Shown piece by piece: positions 58,101 through 64,000 of a DNA stretch of 64,000 nucleotides. Position 1 is the first letter of the stretch. Each line of letters begins with the position of its first letter. The DNA lies in the NCBI RefSeq assembly GCF_009914755.1, contig NC_060931.1; one strand, 5' to 3'. This DNA is from the human T2T-CHM13v2.0 reference genome, Homo sapiens. The position numbers were made by a program, and so were the translations under genes. Under the pieces are notes generated by a model. It was not told the DNA's origin. It worked only from the letters and a program-made list of their open reading frames with translations, and ran no database searches.

Positions 58101-61023
58101 TCTTAGAATAAAATTACTGGTTGTTTAAGAAGGAGGGATGGTTGGGTCAAACCACAAAGTCCAAGCATATAATGAATGGTCTGTGTAAGTCACAATAAAG
58201 GGAGTTATTAAAAACAACCAAAGTTGTTCTATAATCAAGTTGTCTATAATTAAATGGAAATTATAGTGGTCTTTCTAGAAATTGGATTTAATGTAAAAAA
58301 ATTCACTTATAAATTAAATAATTGGTTAGAAAAATAAAATTTTCTTAAGGGATTGATTTACTCTTAATAAATTATAACAGGTTTAATGTTTTATTGAAAT
58401 AATTTCTATGCCATTATTATAAAGTTTTGGTTTCCTTAGGAAAAAATTAGATTAATTTTTTTTCTTTAGGTTATTACACTCATGTAACTTTCTGTGTGTG
58501 CTTTTAAAGTCCTTGTCCCATTAAGTTACAGGGTTTTGATGCCTGGGTCTAAAAGGACACCAAGTACTGCTAATCTTTACACTGATAGCAGTCAAAGCCT
58601 CATCTTCAGTCCCTATAGCAGATGCCAATCCAAGTAAACTGTGTTTCTGAGACATAGTACCAGAAATTAAAGCTATTTAACTCCTCAAGGTCTTGGGACA
58701 ATTGTGGAAGAGATGGGTGCATGAGATTGTAAGGACCGATTTTGAGACATAAGTAAGTTCAGTTTCTCTATAAATTAGCCATTAATGTGAAACGCACAAT
58801 GATGCAAAACCAACATATGGGCCCCTGTGTCAGAATAACAAGGTTTTCTTGAAGCATTAACCAACTCCTTAATAAAAGTTAAAAAAGACTTACAGAAATT
58901 ATCTCTTACGGTCAAGTTAATTAAAATTGTGTATATTGTTATATAATTTTGAAAAACAAATTTAATTGGCTTTATGCTGTTCTTATTGGGGCTTATTGTT
59001 TGGAAAATTAAGTCCCCTCTCAAAAAAAGAGTGTTTTTGCCTTTTCATGAAATCTTTGAGTTATCACTTTGGTTGAATGTATGACTTATTTCACAATAAC
59101 CTGCAATTCTATTTTGTGATATCAAGTGTTATAAACCTTTGATATTTGACAAACTTTCCAAAATCAAATTACAAGTTATGTCTTTTTCTGGCCTAATTGA
59201 TCATTTAAGATATTAGTTTATCTAAAGTCCAAAAATTATATATTTGGCTTATTTGTTATAAAAATTATAAAGGAAGCATTGCCAAATAGGAAATGGTGTT
59301 TGACTTTCTTTGAACTGTATTTGTATAAATATGTTATTGGTATGTGTTCCAAAATTATGGGAAACTCCTGCAATTCTGATATGACTTAGTGTACGTTATC
59401 AGTAATACTTATAATTGTTATGTTAAATTATTGCATGCCACATAGGTAACAAATTTCCTTGTCAATTGTGTCTTTGGCAATGGTTGTCCTGAAACTTTTT
59501 GCTGGACAAACAATTGTCATCTACAGACAATTGTTGCCTTGTTTTGGTCTTCTTTAGAAGGTGGTTTTATGATCAGCTATAAATTCTAACAGGTGTTCTT
59601 GAATGCAGGGTTCTGATAACTTTGGAGATTGTAAAATCAGAATAAAAAAAATTTTCAAGACTCTCATGGAGAGTTGGAAAGTCTGTGAATAACATGAAGA
59701 ACAAGAGTTAACTGCATGGACTGAACTAATTAAAGACTAAAGTAATCTTTTGAGTTTTTTGCTTAAGACATTGCTAATTCTTTGTTTTGTTTTTCAGAGT
59801 CAAGAAAACTTTTGAGCTACTTACCGCATGTAGCAATTGAGTAAAATATACTCCTGTGAACAGAATTTGGAGCATATTTGTTTCTCTCTACCTGATTTGT
59901 CCAGAATTTGTTAACTATTTGTGAGTATTCTTAACTTATGGCAATATAGTTATTTGCGTAAGTGCCAATAAGAATGTTTTCTTTTGCAACAGAACACCAT
60001 TGGAGAAACTGGTCATTTTCTAAGGCTTTAACTGGATTGATGTGCTTTCCTTTAAGGAATCAAACTTGGCTTACAGAGTCAATAAAAGCTCCTTGGGAAA
60101 ACTGGCCTCATACCATGTCTGCACAGTCTATGTACAGGGTTCCTGACCTGTGGTAAGCAAAGAATGTCACTTTCTGACAGGTCCAGGAGCCCCAGGTTAT
60201 CTTGGGACCTCAAGAGGAGAGGAATTTAGCCAACTCATAGGCATTTAATGGTACAAAGCCATGGCTGGCCTCAGCTTTAAAAAAGTCTTATCTGAGATTC
60301 CTTCTATGGAACAAAGTTCCATGAAAGCCAATTTAAAAAGCTTACATAAAACATAATTCTTCTTACCTCATTTTATACAAATAATCAGGCCAAGTGTAAT
60401 AAAGCAAATCAGTCCTACCATGATTTGTCTTAGTAAAAATGGGAAACTGGAGAGAGAAAAATTCTGTTTCAAAAACTGTAATACACCTGCTGTTAAATTC
60501 TAGTCTTGCCTAATGTTTCACAATTTTTATTATTTTCTACAGTTTGGATTGAATTTTAATTTTTCCTGGCTACAAGTCTCCAAAATAATGTTTTCAATTT
60601 TTTTCTTCTTTCTTTTCCTTTTCCCATCATTTTTCCTAGTTTGAAATTACTGAAAACTAAGCTGTACTTTCTTAAAGCCCTGCAAACTGAAGCTAGACAA
60701 CTTCAACTTCAGAAGAAAATAACAAAAACCTATCTATATACATAAGCCACTTTCCTACCTGCCTACTGCTATATTATGGACTTCAGAGTAATGTGGACTA
60801 TATTGATTTTCCAGGATTGTTCCTTTTGATTGTTGTTTTTCTCCCCTCCTTCCCCTATTTTCTCTTTGTAGGTCATGAGACTTACAACATGCTAAAAGTG
60901 AGCTTTCCTGATAACTTGGGGACCTACCCATCTAAATATAAACCATCCTAGCCATGAGAGATCACATGAAGCCTCAGACAAGAGACTCATTTTATTCTAA
61001 AATGCTTTCTCCAAAAAAATTTT

Positions 61024-61042
61024 AAAAATAAAGAGGGGGAAA
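61024..61042 (+). promoter_or_regulatory. Polypurine tract
   Basis: aaaaataaagagggggaaa immediately before the 3' LTR TG. Confidence 0.85.
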
Positions 61043-61492
61043 TGTGAAAGGAAAATAAATCTTGGGGCCTCATAACCACTAAGCTAAGGGGAAAAGTCAA
61101 GCTGGGAACTGCTTAGGGCAAACCTGCCTCCCATTCTATTCAAAGTCACCCCTCTGATTACTGAGATAAATGTATATCTGATTGCCTCCTTTGGAGAGGC
61201 TAATCAGCAACTCAGAAGAATGCAACTCTTTGTCTCTTGCCTACCTGTGATCTGGAAACCAGTCCTTGCTTCAAGTTGTCCAGCCTTTCCAGATGGAACC
61301 AATGTATATCTTACATATATTGATTGATGTCTCATGTCCCCCTAAAATGCATAAAACCAAGCTATGCTCTGACCACCTTGGGCACATGTCATCAGGACTT
61401 CCTGAGGCTGTGTCATGGCTGCACATTCTCAACCTTGGCAAAATAAACTTTCTAAATTATCTGAGACCTGTCTCAAATATTTGGAGTTCACA
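61043..61492 (+). mobile_element. 3' LTR (MER4A1)
   Basis: TGTGAAAGGAAAATAAATCTTGGGGCC...GTTCACA; colinear with 54652-55097. Confidence 0.93.
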
Positions 61493-61579
61493 GCTACTTT
61501 CTCTCATTTTATCAGGCCTCTAATGAGGCTGAAACAATGTGTCCTCTTAGAGCAAATAATTGCTTCTTTGGTCTCATCT

Positions 61580-62270
61580 AAGATACATTCCTTCAACTCT
61601 CATCCAGCTCCCGGGACCACTCACTCTGGGAAGTCCAGGCACACTCCTGCTCAGGGCCTTTGCACTGCTGTGGCCATTTCTGCCTGAGAGCTCCACTCCT
61701 GCATTTCCTTTAGATCTTTACTCAACATTGCCTTCTCAGTGAGAACTTTCCAGTTTGCTCCACTGAAAACTGTGATCCTTCCCCTCAGGACACAACATGA
61801 AGTGTCCTGCTATATTTCTCATGTAGTATTTATTTTCAAGTAAACCATACTTATAGCAACATATGTATTTTTTATTGACTATTGTATTTCCAGCACCTAC
61901 AATGCTTGGTGCATAGTGCATAATAATGTTTGTGAATAATAAATGTTTGTGAGTTTGAATGTCTCTATGCCTTTGCACATCCCTTTGTCTGTAACATCCC
62001 ATCCTCCTTTCTTTGTCTGGGTACGTCCTATTCCTTCCTTAAAATATCAGCTCAGTTGTAACCTGTTTTAAGAAGCTTTTCCTGCCCTCCAGGTCTCAGT
62101 TTTGTAAAGGATTTCAAGGACACCCATTGTCCTGAACTTGTGTCATTACTCATTATAATTGTCCTTTAACCTGCCTCCTTCAGCACTAGACTTGGAGCTC
62201 CTTTGAGTCAATGAGTGGCTTTATTGCTGTTTCTCTAATACAGTGCTGCAATCCTGAATAAATTATTAAT
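61580..62270 (+). mobile_element. L2 3'-end fragments (two in tandem)
   Basis: ctcagggcctttgcactgctg...cagcacctacaatgcttggtgcatagtgc...aaatgtttgtga; second copy gcctttgcacat...ctagacttggagctcctttgag. Confidence 0.65.
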
Positions 62271-63214
62271 TACACACATCCCATGTTAGAAAACTCATTA
62301 CATTTAGAGCCAAACCATTTCATCATTAGATGATTCTAAAGATATCTCATATTTGGTCAAAGCTTAGATTAGTTCTTCAACTTTCCCTTTCCTTATATAA
62401 TAAGTTTCCTGAACTCATCACCACACTGTCCATCATGAGCACTTGTAATTCACTCTGACTATGTGCTTTCATTCTGTGAAATTTTAAAAAATATTTTTCT
62501 TAAATAGGGTACAAAGAACAAAATAGCTTGGATGAGGTTTAGTTTTGTCAGCTCATGGAAGTGTAGGTAGATCCTTTATTCTTTCCATACATGACAGAAT
62601 GAGTCTATGATGTCCTAAAACTGTTGACAGCTTTTTTGAAATTCATATTTTGATCTGAAATGTATATACTAACTACCAACTTCTCTCAGTCTTATTTTAT
62701 TTTTTGGAATTTTTTCAAATTTATATCACAGGCATGTTTTATAATCATATTTCCATATATGCTTTCAAGACAGAATATGACAGTTCAGCTACTACTACTT
62801 TTACATATATTAATTAAATTTTAAAAGTATAGTCATTTTACTAGTTGTCAACACCAACTTATTGAAAATCTATTATATTTTCCCCTTTGACCAGGGTCTT
62901 CAGACTATGCTGAATATTCTGCAACGTGGGTGACAATTGACATTGGCAGAGCTTGTAAATCTTGCTAGTTATCGAGAGACTGGAGAGGATCATTCAGAAG
63001 CCGACAAATCAATCAGACAGAGCAGGCAAATTTTCTGAAATTTCTCTTCATTTTTGGTCATGAGTTCATGAGAAATATTTTCATAATTAACTGCCAATAT
63101 TTGCTTTTTCTTACAACAGTAGCAAGAAGGACATTTAAGTTATTTTCTGTAAATATTTCTTACTTTTCCATTTTCCAATGATAGGAATTGAACAATTGCT
63201 TATTTTATTTAGTC

Positions 63215-64000
63215 TTGATTTTTCTTTTTGTTTATTCATTACAGCTATATTGAGGTTTAAATTACATGCCACAAAATTTGCTCATTGTAAGTGGAAAATT
63301 TAATGATATTTAGTAAATTTATATAGCGGTGCTGGAATCACCATAATCCATGATTACAAAATTACTATATCCCCCTAAAACTTTCCCCAAGTCCATTTCC
63401 AGTCAATCTCAGTTCTCTCATCCAGACCCAGGAATCCACCGTTTTCTATTCTTGTAATATGCCTTTTCTGGATATGTAATGTAAATGGAATAATATAATA
63501 TGTAGACTTTTGCATTTTCTTTCTTTTACTTAGCACAGATTGGGGCAAACTATGGGTTGTGGGCATGCTGTCTCTTTTTGTAAAGTTTTCATGGTACACG
63601 CCATGCTCATGTGTTTATGCATTGTCTATGGCTGCTTTTGTGGAACAATAGAATTGAGTTATTGACAGAGACAATAGGACCTGAAAAGCCTAAAGCATTT
63701 ACTATTTGGCCCTTTAAGAAAAAAGTTTTCCAATGCCTGGCTTAGTATAGTTTAGCTTTATCCATGTCATGGACTATGTCAGCAGTTCATTCATGTCATT
63801 TATCATGATTACCATTTCACTGCATAGATATACCACATTTTGTTGGTTCATTCATCAGTTGATAGACATTTGGAACGTTGCCATTTTTGGCTATTACGAA
63901 TAATTCTGCAGTATGTGCTTATGTCCAAGTCCTCGTGTGGATACACATATTCTACTGAGTAGATTTCTAGGAGAAAAATTGTAGGAATCTATGATAAGCT
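63215..64000 (-). mobile_element. Old L1 (L1MB/ME) 3' region interrupted by MER58A
   Basis: acagctatattgaggtttaaattacatgccacaaaatt...taccacattttgttggttcattcatcagttgatagacatttgg. Confidence 0.8.
63536..63739 (+). mobile_element. MER58A (hAT-Charlie MITE)
   Basis: ggcaaactatgg...aagcctaaagcatttactatttggccctttaagaaaaaagtttt; 8-bp TSD acttagca/gcttagta (6/8). Confidence 0.85.

Larger units (their letters stand above)
54652..61492 (+). mobile_element. Complete non-autonomous ERV1 provirus (MER4A1-type LTRs plus MER4-int-like interior)
   Basis: Two direct LTRs, PBS, PPT, TSD acta/gcta (3/4); 5.9-kb AT-rich interior with no recognisable gag/pol/env ORF. Confidence 0.93.

Overview
This is primate (human-like) AT-rich genomic DNA, intergenic or deep intronic, and dominated by transposon fossils. 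I found no host protein-coding exon, RNA gene or CRISPR-like array. Every recognisable ORF is a broken piece of LINE-1 ORF1/ORF2 or read-through of Alu/LTR sequence. The main elements are: a full-length but dead L1PA6/7-like LINE-1 (245-6290, minus, with TSD); a 5'-truncated, 5'-inverted (twin-primed) L1PA4/5 inserted into the poly(A) signal of a MER4-type LTR (45631-49567); and a complete non-coding MER4A1-type provirus (54652-61492) with a tRNA-Arg-like PBS and a PPT. There are also about a dozen solo LTRs (LTR12, THE1, MER39-like, LTR49/MER34-like, MLT1 and others), nine Alu/FLAM copies, hAT MITEs (MER1A, MER58A/B, MER63), MIR/L2/old-L1 fragments and microsatellites. I see no support for a new multi-gene system. 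The most unusual features visible directly in the sequence are local copy-paste scars: ~178 bp from inside one LTR copied into a different LTR 1.3 kb away, and a MER1A tandem duplication whose junction filler matches flanking DNA 376 bp downstream. Several speculative splicing and regulatory configurations are also listed. Repeat subfamily names come from my recall of consensus sequences and need RepeatMasker/Dfam confirmation; boundaries of old repeats are approximate.
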